A program made the position numbers and the translations under genes. From the NCBI RefSeq assembly GCF_009834535.1, contig NC_045696.1, positions 35,342,001-35,406,000 of the forward strand: a stretch of DNA of 64,000 nucleotides, in the 5' to 3' direction. Below the pieces are notes generated by a model that ran no database searches, was not told the DNA's origin, and saw only the letters and a program-made list of their open reading frames with translations. This document shows positions 50,470 through 64,000 of this stretch, piece by piece. The DNA comes from Camelus ferus (lineage: Eukaryota). How positions within the stretch are numbered: the stretch's first letter is position 1; each line of letters opens with the position of its first letter.

Positions 50470-50725
50470 GGCACATAAGGCACATCGTTTAGAATTGGCA
50501 TATCTGCATTTGAATTCTGGCTTTACCATTTATTGCTGTAAGATCTTACACAGGCCAGTTAACCCTTATTAACATTTATTCTCACTTTTAAACAAGGGAT
50601 AATAGTAATTTCTATACACTTTAGAGTAAATGACATTTGAATAAATGGTATGTTTCTATGTATCTATGAGTGTGTGTATGTGTATAAACTAATGTATGTG
50701 AAAGAGCTATACAAATGTCATTTCC
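50470..50725 (+). mobile_element. MIR/MIR3 SINE
   Basis: tttgaattctggctttaccatttattgctgt...gttaaccct...gggataatagtaat...aatgtatgtgaaag. Confidence 0.65.
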
Positions 50726-51507
50726 TATTCTTAGATGAGTTTTGAGGTTTTCCCCATTCTAATCCAAAATCTTTTGCTAAATTCACTGTGTCTCCTTAAA
50801 TCTCAGTCTACACTTTGATGCAAGTGTCTTGGAGCTGAATTTTGGAGAAGGAAAACTGATACTGCCTGAGATGCCAGCAAACACCTCTTCTCAATTAAGA
50901 GCCCAAAATATTGCCTTTGACAGCACATGACTGTTATTTCATTGAATCTGCACAGAGTAAAGTTTGAATATACTCTTGAACCACATTCTGAATGGAAATA
51001 ATTAAAATAAGGTAGTTGGGTGTCCAATTTATTTATTTTAAATTGTTACGTGATTAGAATTTCTTCAAAATATTAACATTTCTTCTTCAGGAAGACCTTC
51101 TAACTCTTACATACCACCCTTTGCCACCCCCCAGACTAGTACATAACACCTGTTAAGCTCATCTACTTGTTCTTTGACGTATCTTCACAGCTTGTAATGA
51201 CATATTACTACAATTATTTCATTGATATTTATCTCAGTTTGGAAACTGAAAGCTTTTTGAGACCAATTTTCATTTCATGAAATTCTCTCTTTTATTCTCA
51301 TTTAAAGTTCTTGGGTTATTTGTCCATAAATTTAAATTACTGAAATAAATGAATAATAAAAGCTTTCCAAAATAAGCAAGGATAACTAAATAAACATTGA
51401 TTTTGCATTTGTTGAGAAATATTTGATGAATTCTAGTCTCTTATTTTAAATGGTGTCTGTTAATAACTTCATTGTCTTTTTAATGGCATAAAGTTAAGTA
51501 AAATTAC

Positions 51508-51627
51508 AATATATATACATACTATAGTGTATATATTATATATGTACTTGTACATATATATGATACAAATATACACATATAAGATATAAATGTATAGATG
51601 TATATCTATGTCTATATTATATATGTT
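51508..51627. repeat. TA-rich low-complexity tract
   Basis: Degenerate TATA/TACA/TAGA units. Confidence 0.75.
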
Positions 51628-53857
51628 ATTTTCTATACTAGCAGAGCTATTTTGTTAAATATATTTAGAAAATACTACAAGCCTATGAATTGGAAGTTAA
51701 CTGAAAAAGAAAAATAGCTAAAGACAGCTCTGTGTTGAAAATTATATAGATTGTTATCTAAGGATACAAAGCCAGAATCCTGCAAATAAATTCTATTTAA
51801 CTAAAACAAGAAATGTTTAGAATTGAATGAATCATAGAGAGTAATGCAAATAATAAAAATACTCTGTAAAACAAGTCTCAAGTGTAGTATAATTTGCCTT
51901 CAGTAGTGGAATTATTGCTGTTTGTGAAGTCTGGATTCAAAAAGTCTTAAGTAGTGGATTTCTAGCTTTCACTTTGTGAATGGTGTCTGAAATACTGGAA
52001 GAATATTTTGACAACTGGGTGTCAGCAGTAACCACCTGGGATGCTGCCTTTATGAGTCACAGTCCAAATTCTGCTTCATATGCTGAATAGTTGAACCAGG
52101 AAAAATCAAATTTTTTGACATATGTGATATGTGATTCTTGGTCATTTGAAATTTTTCTGCCTAAAATGAACAATGCTACGTTGTAAATATGTCACTTTCA
52201 CCCTATTGTGCTGAGCTTTCAAGGAAGGAAGTCTGATCAAATGAGAAAAACATGACAAAGTTTTACAGGTTTTTTTGAACCTTTCCTTGAAACAAAACAC
52301 ACTATAAAAGAAGGGGGAAGTGGATAAGTGGTAGAAATCAGTAAAGGTAGAATTATTCTAGCAACATTTAATTTATAAAATTAAAATATTGTATTTGTTT
52401 TAACAATTTTTGTTAGTGCTGAAAAAATAGAAAATATTTTCCACTGCTAATGTATATTTCTATGTGAGCGCTTCTCTCTGCATCAAAACAGCATTTGTTT
52501 ATATTTTGGGGATTGGATTATAATTTTAAAATATGACATGTAATATACTTTGCTCCTTTTACTTTGATATATAGCTTTGTGGGAGTTAAAGTAGAGGAGA
52601 CTTGAAACATATTTGGATGGATTTTACTCATTTCACCTTTAATCATAAATTTGTGCTACATGATTCTTACATAACATGCAGTAACTATAAAGTTATGTAA
52701 AAAGCTAAGATATATTTAAATAATTTTCATTTCTAATTTGAATATTTAACTATTTCATAAATTCATTATGATTATTTCATATTTACTTTTAAAGTAGCAT
52801 TTAAAACATTTCAAATCAAATACAAAGTTTTACTTTTAGTGGTTTCTTGTATTGATAGCATTTCTAAAACATAATAACTTTTTGACACCAAACATTTTTA
52901 ATTTATGCAACATCAAATGAATGTACTTTCTGATCTAAAAGGAATAATTATTAAAATCAAAGTAGCCAAAAGTATAGTTATTAAACTTAAAAAAGAATGG
53001 CTTTCATACTCATTTGACATTAAACTTGTTGATACATGTGCAAAATAGTATATGGCAGACTGAATATCAGTTTCTGTATTGCTAAGAAATGTCTAGTTCC
53101 CTTAATATTTTTAAGAACTTACTTAGAATAAACACTGCATTTTCAAGCTTCTAAGTTTTCGTTTGAATACAGGTTGTAAATATAACATGTATTCCAATAG
53201 AGACAAGTTTCTATTCTGTCATTCCATTAAGTATAAGTCAAGAATTTTGGTAAGAATTTATAAAAATATTTTTCACAAAAATTTTGCTTATTTACTTTTC
53301 TCCTTTATTTTTTTTTTAATTTCATGAATTAATGGTTTTGACCTTTACATTTATTATTCTCTAGTGGTTAATGTCTTTTGGAAGATTAAAAAAAAAGAAA
53401 TGAAATTTGGCCTGTAAAAAAAATTTGGTGTAAAACACTTTCTAAATAAGTCCCATGTCCCAAATGATAGCCATTGGACCTGAGAACAGTGAAAGGTTAT
53501 AGCATTTACAAGACAAGCCACGTGAAATATTTCTGCAACCTTAATAGCCCATTGATTACCATCAGTTTTTTTTTTTTCTACTCAGAATGCTCACTTTACT
53601 CAGGAAGTGGTATATGAAGAAAAACTATCAATGCATTATCTCAGATTTCTTGCGAGTTGCTGAAATCATCCCCTTTACATGGGACAGAGGAAGGAAAACA
53701 TTGAGAGGGACAGTGTACTCAGTTTTCTGAGTAGTCTAAGCTTGCAGGTTATTTTTATTCATTCTGTTAACAATGCAGTCTAACATGTATAAATATATGT
53801 GTGTATGTGTGTGTAGTATATATAAAACTGCATGTATTAAACTATAGTCACATATAG

Positions 53858-53858
<1 letters not shown>

Positions 53859-53890
<32 letters not shown>
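53859..53890. repeat. (TA)16 microsatellite
   Basis: Directly visible. Confidence 0.97.
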
Positions 53891-53893
<3 letters not shown>

Positions 53894-53934
53894 AGTAATA
53901 CATTGAAATTCTTACTTTTTAATTTGTAAACAGT

Positions 53935-54073
53935 AATTATTAGAATTATAAAACCCTGGGCTTCCAACCAAGACCTACTACTCCATTACAAATCCTGGGA
54001 TCAGGGCTCAGCAATCTGTTTTGTCACAGGCCCTCCATGTGATTCTGATGCTGTTGAAGTTTGGGAATCACTG
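53935..54073. mobile_element. MER5A-like fragment
   Basis: agacctact...gggctcagcaatctgttttgtcacaggccctccatgtgattctgatgc...gtttgggaatcactg. Confidence 0.75.
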
Positions 54074-55669
54074 TGCTAGAAAATCATTATCTGCCATAAT
54101 GAGACAGGTATTACTAAGGTATTCAGCTGCCTCTTGATACAGTGCTGTAGTTCATTCCAAACTCTTAATTAATGCAGCCCTGTGCATGATTCATGATTAA
54201 TATAGCTCTGGATGTTTTTAAATTTAGAATTTTACAATAAATACACAGCAAGAAAAATAGGTATTTTGCCAGCAACTCAGGGAATCTATTCTTAGCTGCT
54301 TTGTGACAGGGATTCACTTTAGAATCATCACATTTCTGTCATGTAATCCTGGAACTTAGCTTGTAAATATTCACAAATACTGAAGGTATTTAAACCCCTG
54401 CATCCATTGCTCATGATAAAAGAGATAACATCAAAACCAAAAGACTTGAAAAGTCATGAATTAAGCAATAGCAAAATTGAAATAAGGAATATGAAAGTTC
54501 CCCATCAAGGAGTGACTAGAATATAAGAAAATTGTCTGGGAAGTGACTATGAAATGTTCCTAGAAAGTTCCCAAGGTCAGCTTATGATGGATTATATGTG
54601 TCCCACTAAAGATATTGGAGATTATTCAAAGGCAGTATTTTTAAAAAGTGATTATGGAAGATGCTGTAATTGAAGAACAGATAGGAGTCAGAAAAAGCAG
54701 TTGGAACTCACTGAAAGTTCCCATGATTATAGGAACCTAGGATTGACCCTCTATTCCTTGGGTTGTATATCTTGGTGATTTGGTATAGGTTGAATTTTCA
54801 TTATTTTGCACATACTCAAAGAAGGAATTTTTCTAAAAAATAATCAAAAAGAATTTTTATTAACAGATTGTTCTTTTGTAATAAAGGTGTAAAATAAAGA
54901 GAAGCTAAATTTGGCGAATTAAGTTGTAAGACCTTGGGGGACTCAGTAGAAATGAAAATTATCGAGTAAAGGAAGGAAAATCATCTAGTAAGGAAGACAA
55001 AGCAACAGAAAAAAATAAAAGAGGGCATAAGATGCTGTAATAGTAAAAGTAATTGAATTCCCCTTCCATGTGACAGTACTGGTTAATGTTCTTTGGGTGT
55101 GAGGTTAAGAATAAGCTAAACGTTAGACAAATGTAAAGGGTGATCTCCCTTCTCAACATGAAGTGACACAAAGTGACCCCAGCAACCAGGGAGATTCAGC
55201 CAGTGCAGGGAGAGAGGAAGACACAATGTGATGATTTCAAAGAACTTTAACTCCCAGTCTACGCTTGGATACTTATTCCATGCCACGGGCATCAAGAAAA
55301 CTGCTAGCCGTAAACTTCATGGATTAACTCAAAAGTCTTAAATGGCATTTAAAGTTGTGGGCGATATGAATTCAATTTTGTAAACTGTACCCTAGAACCA
55401 TTTGTCATCTCTATTCTCAGTGTTGGATGGAGGTGCTGGGTAATAATTTTTTAAAGTAGAATTAGTGACAGTATTGATTTAAATTTAACTATTCTCTTCA
55501 GTGTTGAAAAAAGCAGTAAACAACAACGTGGTCATAAACCGAAAATAACTGTGTAGAATTTTGTGAAAATGTTTATTGATGGAGCTGCTTCACTTTTTCA
55601 TGAAGGGGGCAAAATTTTATCTTATTTGGAGCAGTAGACTATGTTTGAATGAGTAATCAATTTGAGGGC

Positions 55670-55805
55670 CAGCAGAGACTTAGAAATCATCTCGTGTAAC
55701 TCCTTAATTATGTAGAAAAGCAGTGGAGGCCCAGGGAGTTAGTGACTTGCTCAAGGTCCTATCATTGCTTGCCAGGTCCGGGTTCAGTGGTCTTTTCATT
55801 ACTCC
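55670..55805 (-). mobile_element. MIR3/MIR fragment
   Basis: gacttagaaatcatct...ggaggcccagggagttagtgacttgctcaaggtc. Confidence 0.65.
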
Positions 55806-56834
55806 TCTCTGTCTTGGTCTGTGGACAGTACCAAAGAAGGATGCAAGATTGTGATTTAATATTTAACAGACTATACTGCATAGAATTTCAGGACTATTTT
55901 GTCTGAGTGTCATGCCTTACAGCACCCTAAATAGTAACCAAATCCAATACATCAGTCAACATAGAGCTACTTTTCTATGCTGTTGAAAAATGCTGATCTT
56001 TCATAAGGCCAAGAGGAAAATTGGGTTGTATAGGATTATTATCAGCCCTCCATTCTCTCGTGTGTGCATATCCCCTCATCACAGCTTGATTTATGATCCA
56101 GGGACTGAGCTGTCACTTTCTGACTAGAGATTCTTAACTCATTCTCTGACAACTCAGAATTGATTTTCATCTTAGATTCAAATATATATCTAAATTTACT
56201 TGCATTGAAAGAGTATTTTTAAATGTTAGCTCATAACCAAAACAAATTTCATCTACTTCCAGTTTTCATAAGAACCAAGGAATGTTTTGAGACCTTTTTA
56301 AAAATTAGTATGTCATTTTAATGTGACCAGTCTCCAGACAGGAAAGTTAGAGGTGTTACCTTCTAGCCAATAAATCCTCTTCAAGATTTAAAATGTTTCA
56401 AAATTGTTAGCCACATTTTTGCCTTCTGAACTGCTAAAATGGTCAGTATTTTTTGTTGGATATTTTACGGAAATACATGGTACTCTTATGTAGCCTTCAA
56501 AAAATGTGATAACTATAAATTAGGATAACAAATTAGTTCTTTAATGAACTTTGTAAACTAGAATATAAAAATTAACGCAGGAGTTTTATAACCCAGAATT
56601 ATTTTGTGGTGAAATCTACCATAGTAATCATCTGTTCTAAAATAAATGTTTTTTCATTTCTTAAATAAAATAAAGAAAATCTTAGGAGCATAAAACATTT
56701 TGGAGAGGACTAAGGGTGGTAGCATTATTTTAGAAAGGAAATTATATGGAGTCATATTAATTTCTAGAATCAGTGGAATTCTGAATAGTTTATGTAGTAT
56801 GAAGGGGATTTGTGAAATCTTTAGTATATCAGGA

Positions 56835-57700
56835 TTCATTCATCCTGTTGTGCAGTGATTGTCTGTGCTTCTGTGATGTGGTAGGCACTATCATAGGCAG
56901 TGGAGATGCAAACAATACCAATAGCTAAAATTTCTACAATGCGCTATGTTCTATTTTAGTGCTTTCCATATATCAGCTCGTTTAATCCCCACAATAATCC
57001 TGTGACATTTTACCTTCATTTTACAGAATTAGAAAGTAAACCCCTTTTCCCCCAATTTAAATAACTCAAATGTGATCATACACTCAGTAAGTGATGGAGT
57101 CAGGAATGAAAACCAGGTATTCTGACTTGTTATGTTATGTGCATCACCACTACTATATATTGCCTCCTATAAGAGAGGTAAGAAAAATATTCCCTTGTGA
57201 AGCTTCATCTGGTGGAAGAGACCAATCCATGGACTAGCAACTACAGTATAATGACAGTCATCAATTAAGACACACAGTAGATACAATAAAATTACATAGA
57301 GTCTGTCATTCAAGTTCCGCTTGACATGAGTCAGGGAAAATTACATCGAGAGGTTGTGAAGCTTTAAAGTTGAGTAGGAATTTATCAGGTCTATGTTACT
57401 GGGCATCACACAGAGCACAGACTGTAAAACAGCATTGTATGTTGAGAGAAAAACATAGCTCGTGTCATCTGAAAGTGGATAGAGAAGAGTAGGAGATGGA
57501 ATCTGGGAAGGAAAAAACAGAATTCTAGACTGGATTATGAAGAGTCTCATACACCATGCCAAGGGGTTTGTATTCTTTTCATGGAAAATTGTTTAGCAGT
57601 CTAGGAATTAGGAAGTTTACTCTGTGGACTTAGAATACAGGTGCAAAGAACAGTTGGCTTATTAAGGTCATCCAAGAAAGATATCTGTCAGGGCAAAGAA
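56835..57700 (-). mobile_element. L2 3' region with a nested MIR (~56912-57168)
   Basis: attcattcat...gtaggcactatcataggcagtggagatgca (reverse L2 end), then MIR (tttaatccccacaataatcctgtga...cattttacaga...agtaagtgatggagtcagga), then L2 resumes (gactggattatgaagagtctcatacaccatgccaagg). Confidence 0.7.
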
Positions 57701-58914
57701 AGCAAGTGATGGAGACTGGTCACTTATGGTATCCTATAAAAAATGATGTCAGCTGGATATAGGATATGGAGAATTATAGGATATATTTTTTGATATTATG
57801 TGTGATTGATGATGACTGACGTGTGTCTTAGTTTCTCCTAGATCAAAGTTTCTTGAATTTTAGAGTGCTTTAGAACCAACTGTATGAGAGCACCCCTATA
57901 GATACGAATTGCATTGCTAATGGCTGATATATAGTATACATATATATTTATATTCATGCATATATATGTAAACACACAGATCTGTATCTGTAACACATAT
58001 CACAAGATACGTAGTAGTATCTTACATGCTATTCTAGTATTTGAAATTTTGTATCGTTGCCCAAATATTGTGAGTCATTCCTAAATTACAGAGAAATACA
58101 GATGCTATGAAGGCTAAATTTTAAGACAGCCATGGGCAGTTGCAGAGAATCGTATAACGCACTTTTGGAGTTCTGGCAGATCCACCTGTGGGCATTTTGG
58201 CAGCAGAGGCTACCCGAAGCAAAAAGTAAAGCCTTCATTCCAATATTAATTTTATGTTATGTGGTATTTATGGTATAAAACAGGTGATTTCTGAATAAAT
58301 ATTACAGAATGCACTCATGCTATGTGATAGACAAAGAGTGAATGATTAAAAAATAAAAGACAAAAATTTAAACAGAATTTTAAACAATGACAATCTTAGG
58401 AAATTCTCACCAGATAGCTCTTCTCTCACTATTCAGTAAAACCCCTGAGATGATCAGATGTTAACATTGGTACAAATTATGATTCTCAACAGAGACACAG
58501 GCAGGTTTTAAAACAGTGTTTAAACAGGAGAGGAATAATTGCTTAACCTGTTACAGAAGCAGAAATTTTCCATAGGGAGTAAGTATAAACAAATAGAGCA
58601 TGAGACATCTCAAGGCACTTACAGGCAAAAGATTGAAATAAGATATGTTACTTAAATTTATATGTTCCTTAGAATATGTCCTTAGGAAACAGACATAGGT
58701 CTGAATTGTCACCTTGGAAGATTACGACGTATCTCAAGAAATACCATGGTTGAGGTGTACCAAAGATAGATTTCTTTCTTACATAAAGGACGGTTGTTTC
58801 CTTAAAGTGTACATAATTCCTATTTTTATTCTTATAATCAATTGAGATTTAGTATACTGATCCATCAGATCTTTCAAGAACCTCACCCAGCAGAGGTTTA
58901 TTTAATGCTTCTTC

Positions 58915-58940
58915 AAAAAAAAAAAAAAAAAAAAAAAAAA
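58915..58940 (+). repeat. Pure A26 tract
   Basis: Directly visible. Confidence 0.97.
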
Positions 58941-59604
58941 GCATGAACTTATCGCGGTACTAACTAAAGACTACATTTAAAGAATTAAATTGACTGAACA
59001 GTTAACCAGCTGTAACATGTTCAGCAATAGGATGGGGAAATCCCCTTTTGACCTTTTAGCTGATTAGTCCATGTCTTAATATGGAAGAATTTCTAAATAT
59101 TATTTAGAGGGAATTTTATAAAATGTAATGAATCTGAAAAATGAAGCGCTTGGCTTACAAAAGAATCTGTGTAGTTTGGGAGAAAAGATACTGTTTTTAA
59201 TGGGACCAGATTTCTCTTTGCTTTTCTAGTAATACTTTATCTTTCTCTTGGAATATATAATGTGGCTTCTCTGTGAGCAGTTATTCAAGTTAAAGAAAAA
59301 AGCTGTCATTTTAATTACTACAACACAAGCTGTACTAATAAAATGGCTTCAGAAGATCTTTGTCTTTATTTGAGTCTAGGTAATTGAGAATTAGTCATTG
59401 AACATGGATAAGCCCTTCCTCCACTAGACATTTTAGAGTCAAAAGAGAGTGAGAAACAATCCCTGCCCACAAGGAGTTTGTGGTGAACTGGTACATTTTT
59501 TCTCGTTCTTGTACACCCAGCTTTCAGAGCCAAACAGGAGTATGGGCTGCAGTGTTGGACATTTAATTCTAGCTGTTGATTATTTCATAATAGTTTTTCA
59601 TGCT

Positions 59605-59885
59605 GTTTTAAAATTTTGCTTATTTTGGTGTTATTTTAGCTTTACAGAAAAGTGGCAAAGATAGTACGGATAAATCCCATATATACTACCAAATACACAA
59701 ATTTCCCCTAATGTTCAGATCTTATATAAGCATTGTGATATTTCTAAAACCTAAGAAATTCACATTGATACAGTAGTTAATAGTAAACTAAATTACAGAT
59801 TTTATTCTGATTTCACCAGTTTTTCCGCTAACATCCTTCTTCTGTTCCAGTATCCAGTCCAGGGTACCACGTTGCATTTAGTATG
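59605..59885 (-). mobile_element. L1MC-like 3' end fragment
   Basis: tttacagaaaagtggcaaagatagtac...tttcccctaatgtt...gatttcaccagttttt...tctgttccagtatccagtccagggtaccacgttgcatttagt. Confidence 0.8.
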
Positions 59886-59961
59886 CAGGAAATTTTTTCC
59901 CACCAATTTCTATTCAGTAATATATTTTACCATGTATAAGTGTAACTCTCATCAGTTTAAG

Positions 59962-60450
59962 TTTTTTTTTTAATAATAGACTTTATTTCTTAGAGCAGTT
60001 TTAGATTTATAGGAGAGTTGAACGGAGAGTACAGAGTCCACTGCAGAGAGTTCACATCTACTCTGCTCCTCCTCAGTTTCCTGTATAATTATCGTCTTGC
60101 AATGCTGTAGGATGTACAATAAATTTGATGAACCTATATTGATACAGTATTTTAACTACAGTCCATAGTTTACATCTGAGTGCACTCTTTATGTTGTACA
60201 AGTTTCTAGGTTTTACCAAATGTGTAATATATGTATGTATCCCTTCAGTATCACACAGAACACTTTCCCTACGCTAGAAATCAAAATTGTACCTATTCAT
60301 CCCTTTCCCTTCCCGTGGCAACACTGACCTTTTACTGTCTCTGTAGTTTTGCCTTTTCTAGAATGTCCTGTAGCTGGAATCATATTGTATATAGCCTTTT
60401 CAGAAAGGCTTCATTCACTTCACAGTGGGTACTTGAGGTTCCTCTGTGTA
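59962..60450 (-). mobile_element. L1MC/L1MD-like 3' end fragment
   Basis: aatagactttatttcttagagcagttttagattta...gatgaacctatattgataca...agtccatagtttacat...tttactgtctctgtagttttgccttttctagaatgtc. Confidence 0.85.
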
Positions 60451-61554
60451 TGACGCTGCTTTGTATTTGCTTTGACTTTCTGTGTATACTTCTAGTTTTA
60501 CACATGTTGTTTTGAATTCTGAGTTTACCAAAGAAGTCTTGGTCCATGTGTTCCTTCCATTTTACACTTAATGAGGACTTCTTTTTTGAGTCTATTTTGT
60601 TTTTGTTTTACATAAGTCTTGATCTAAAGTTATAACAGACCTTTCAGTACAATTTATTTAGGAAATATCTGGACACATCAGGACATTCGTTTCTTTGCAT
60701 AGTATCACTTGTAAGATGACAAGGTATATTTCTTCTACATTTTTGTAATTTTTACAATACCATGCAATTATTTATTTTTGGTTAAACAAATTCCCAAATA
60801 TTGGTTTGCTTCTCATTTTCCAAACACTTTGAATCTGTAGTGATGGTGAATTGTAATTGTTTATACTTCTTAGTTCCCAAAGCTGATGATTAGGCTGTGA
60901 GAGTTTGATGAGAGTAGAGAAAAAAGTCAGAATAGGCATAATCAACTCATTGAAAAATAACAGTTGGTTGATGGACTTTAGTTGTATAATTTAAAACAAG
61001 TTAAGGAATAATAGTCATATCAATCTTATGCTATCAATAACATGCATCTGAAAATGCCATGGGATCTGATAGAGCGTTCAACAAGATAAAAATACAATTA
61101 AATCTATTTTCATAAAAATAGACAAATTTCTTTTTTTTCACAGGGATTAAAAGTGATTTCTATGAAGAACATTTTTTTTTTTCTGGTGATTTATTTGAGA
61201 AAGAAAGACAGGGAAAGGGGAGAGGCAGAAGATTAGAAAAGTGATATTATTTTGTCTAAAATCATTGTTCTCAAAATTTTGCTCCTAATAAATTTACTTA
61301 ATTTTTCTAAATCAAACGTGTTAGAAATACTTTATTTTAGCTGTGTATGTGTATATATGCACCTACAGAGATATACAGACATAACACAGACACACATGTA
61401 CATATAATGTTTTTTCTTTCATACAGAGATTCTTCAGGTAAACATATAGTAGTTTTTTTAAAAATAATATCCATTATAAACATTCTTAATAAAACCATTC
61501 TCGTATGTGGACCCAGTCAGTCTTCAGGTGGGTATGATCTGTGAGATAAACCAG

Positions 61555-61745
61555 TTTTTTTAATTGAATTGTAATTGATACATAATATTTTCTTAATTTC
61601 AGAGGTATAACAGTGATTTGATATTTTTATACATCATGAAATGATCACCATGATAAGTCTAATTACCATTTGTCACCATACAAAGTTATTATGATATATT
61701 GACTGTATTCATTATGCTATGTATTACATCCCTGTGGCTTGTTTT
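61555..61745 (-). mobile_element. Laurasiatherian-type L1 3' end fragment
   Basis: T-run, aattgaattgtaattgatacataat...gaaatgatcaccatgataagtctaattaccatttgtcaccatacaaagttatt. Confidence 0.8.
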
Positions 61746-62844
61746 TCTGTCCTCCTCTTAGGCCTTGTAATAAAGGAATAAAATTGGTAATAGGATTTGC
61801 AAGTAAAGGCAGCAAAATGTATTCTTTCGTACAAGTTTCAGCTTGTTCTCAAGTATGAATACAGCCGACATAAGCAATGGGTCCTGTTGCTTTATATCCA
61901 TTTCTCATACCTCTGGCTCTCTGTTCAGTGACACATTCGGGATAGAAAAGGATATGACTCGTAAAGGGTATCAGTGGCATGTGAAAGGCGTCCTGATTAA
62001 TTAAGTGCTTACTAAGTTCAGTTATGTCTAATCACACAATGGACACTGCAGATATGAAAGTCAAAGTGATAACAACTAGACTTCCACAGGGGATGTTTGA
62101 TCAAACAAATACCTTGAATTCTGAATTAGATGTAAAATTATCAGTGGCCTTCAGGAAATTTGGACAGTAGAATTTGACACATATTCCTAGTATATGTGTA
62201 CTTGTTTATATTTTATATGTATAGACAGATTATAACAAAGAGGAAATATTGAGAAAAGAAGAAATGAAAAAGGCTAAAAGACATATCAATAGCAGGGGAC
62301 AATGTACCTCATTTGAGAGACCTACTAGTGTAGATCGTAGATGGCATTCTTCATTCCATGATCGATGGTCATTTCCAGAATTTGAAAATTACTGTAACTT
62401 CTCCAAATGCATGTATACACCTTTGAGAAAGCTTCAAAATACTGATTATAAATAGGTCAATATTCTAGGTCACTGTAGTGTTACCAGGTATCAGTTTGAA
62501 TTTAATATGTATTTTTCCCAAGCCATTAATTACTTACCTCATGTAAAACAGAATGACAGACTGATACAGGCAGAATACAGCATCATATGTATCTGTAAGA
62601 CTTTTATAAATTTGTCTTTTATAAATTTAGTATAGGATTTGCTTCTTATAAATTTGGACAAGTTCTAACACCTTTTCCTGATTATGCTCAGGACTAAATC
62701 TTATGGGCGAAGACATGCTCAATGCTTTAACTTTGGTAATGAGAGAAACATTATGAACACATTAAGTATTATTATAAGGGGAATGAGGCAATTGATGATT
62801 CTTAAAAACAGCAGAGAGGTAGATCCAGTTTTCATGGCTGGATT

Positions 62845-63314
62845 GTGTGCCACTGAAAATCATTTGTGTCTAATTATCTACTCCAAAATCCATTCAATCC
62901 TTTCTCCTAATGAGAAGGATCCTATTTTATTCAGAGGGACATTGTATCCTACTAAAGGAATACATTTCCCAGCTTCTGTTGAATCAGAATGTGTGCATAT
63001 GACAAAGTTTTGATCAATGTGATGTAAGCAGGGGTATGGGATTTCTACGAGGATGCTGTACAGGGGATCTGGCATTTGGGTATTGACTGGCGGTGCAGTA
63101 ATGATCTTGTGATACCAGGATGTGAGCTACCTACTGGGGCGGTGTAGAGAAGAGGTGTGAGAAGCCTGGCCCACTGATGATTTCAGGGAGCTACCATAGC
63201 AGTTACAAACTGCCTACTTCCAAGCTCTTTATGTGAAAAAATTAGACCTTGTATATTAATGATGCTTTTCCCAGTTCTATCACTACTAGTAGAACATAAT
63301 TACTAACTAATACA
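62845..63314. mobile_element. MLT1J-like MaLR solo LTR
   Basis: atacatttcccagcttc...catatgacaaagttttgatcaatgtgatgtaagcag...gaagcctggcccactgatga...actgcctacttcca...ctaactaataca. Confidence 0.75.
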
Positions 63315-64000
63315 CCACCCATATATTATTTTAGAAAAACCTAACATAAATCTAGTATGGTATTATGTACGTAAGTACATACATTCTACATTCTGTATAG
63401 AAGCATGATATTATAAGTAATAGAAATTTAAAAATATAGAAATTAAGTATTAACACATGAAATTTGCCAATACATTTCATAGTCTGGTACATCCTGAAGT
63501 TCAAGAAAGAAAACTCTTCTTTCAAATTCTGTTTGCAGTGATCCATCCACCTTTACTCTTAAAAATGAGAGGCATTTACAGGAGGCTGAAAGTGGGATTT
63601 TTGATTTTTTAAATCGTAGACGTCCTATGTGGAGAAAGTATTCAAAAATGTTTGAAAGGAGTTTTTCATTTGATAAAGACTTCTGTCTCACCTTGAGATG
63701 GTGACATGGATTGTTTACCTTATTTCACATACGTTCCTGGGTATTTTAACTCATTTTTCTCTGGATCACAAAAGTTATCATCATCCATATTAATCTGTAT
63801 CTCTGTGTTCTCTGCTTTATCTGATTGCAATTACAAATCCCATCCCAAGTTCAAGGAATGAAATGAGACAACACAACATACCTAAGTCACATACATTAGA
63901 ATTTACAAAATACACTCAGTTGTCTACTTCTGGCCAACATAAAACAACCTCCTTGTGCTGTTTCTTATTATGATTAAAGGCCCTCCGAAACAACACAGAC

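Overview
Mammalian genomic DNA, most likely a camelid (alpaca/llama/camel type). This is inferred from a tRNA-derived vic-1-like SINE, a cetartiodactyl-type young L1 3' end, and the absence of Alu, Bov-A/BovB, PRE-1 or Can-SINE copies. The window holds the 5' end of EPHA3 (ephrin type-A receptor 3) on the + strand: about 27 kb of upstream DNA, the promoter, exon 1 (CDS 27532-27619, signal peptide), a 17.6-kb intron 1, the 65-nt exon 2 (45217-45281) and the first ~19 kb of intron 2. Exon 3 was not found in the window. The rest is old repeats (L1, L2, MIR, MLT1/MLT2 LTRs, Tigger, MER5/MER20) and microsatellites. I found no convincing new protein-coding system; nearly all ORF-track entries are chance or repeat-derived. 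The most interesting items are regulatory: four out-of-frame uAUGs giving two uORFs that overlap the EPHA3 start, a strong CpG island ~7 kb inside intron 1 with GC boxes and a candidate splice donor, an upstream CTCF site in a CpG micro-cluster, a long repeat-poor zone around the promoter, and several unusual palindromes and motif clusters. Repeat subfamily names come from recalled consensus sequences, and boundaries of old repeats are approximate.
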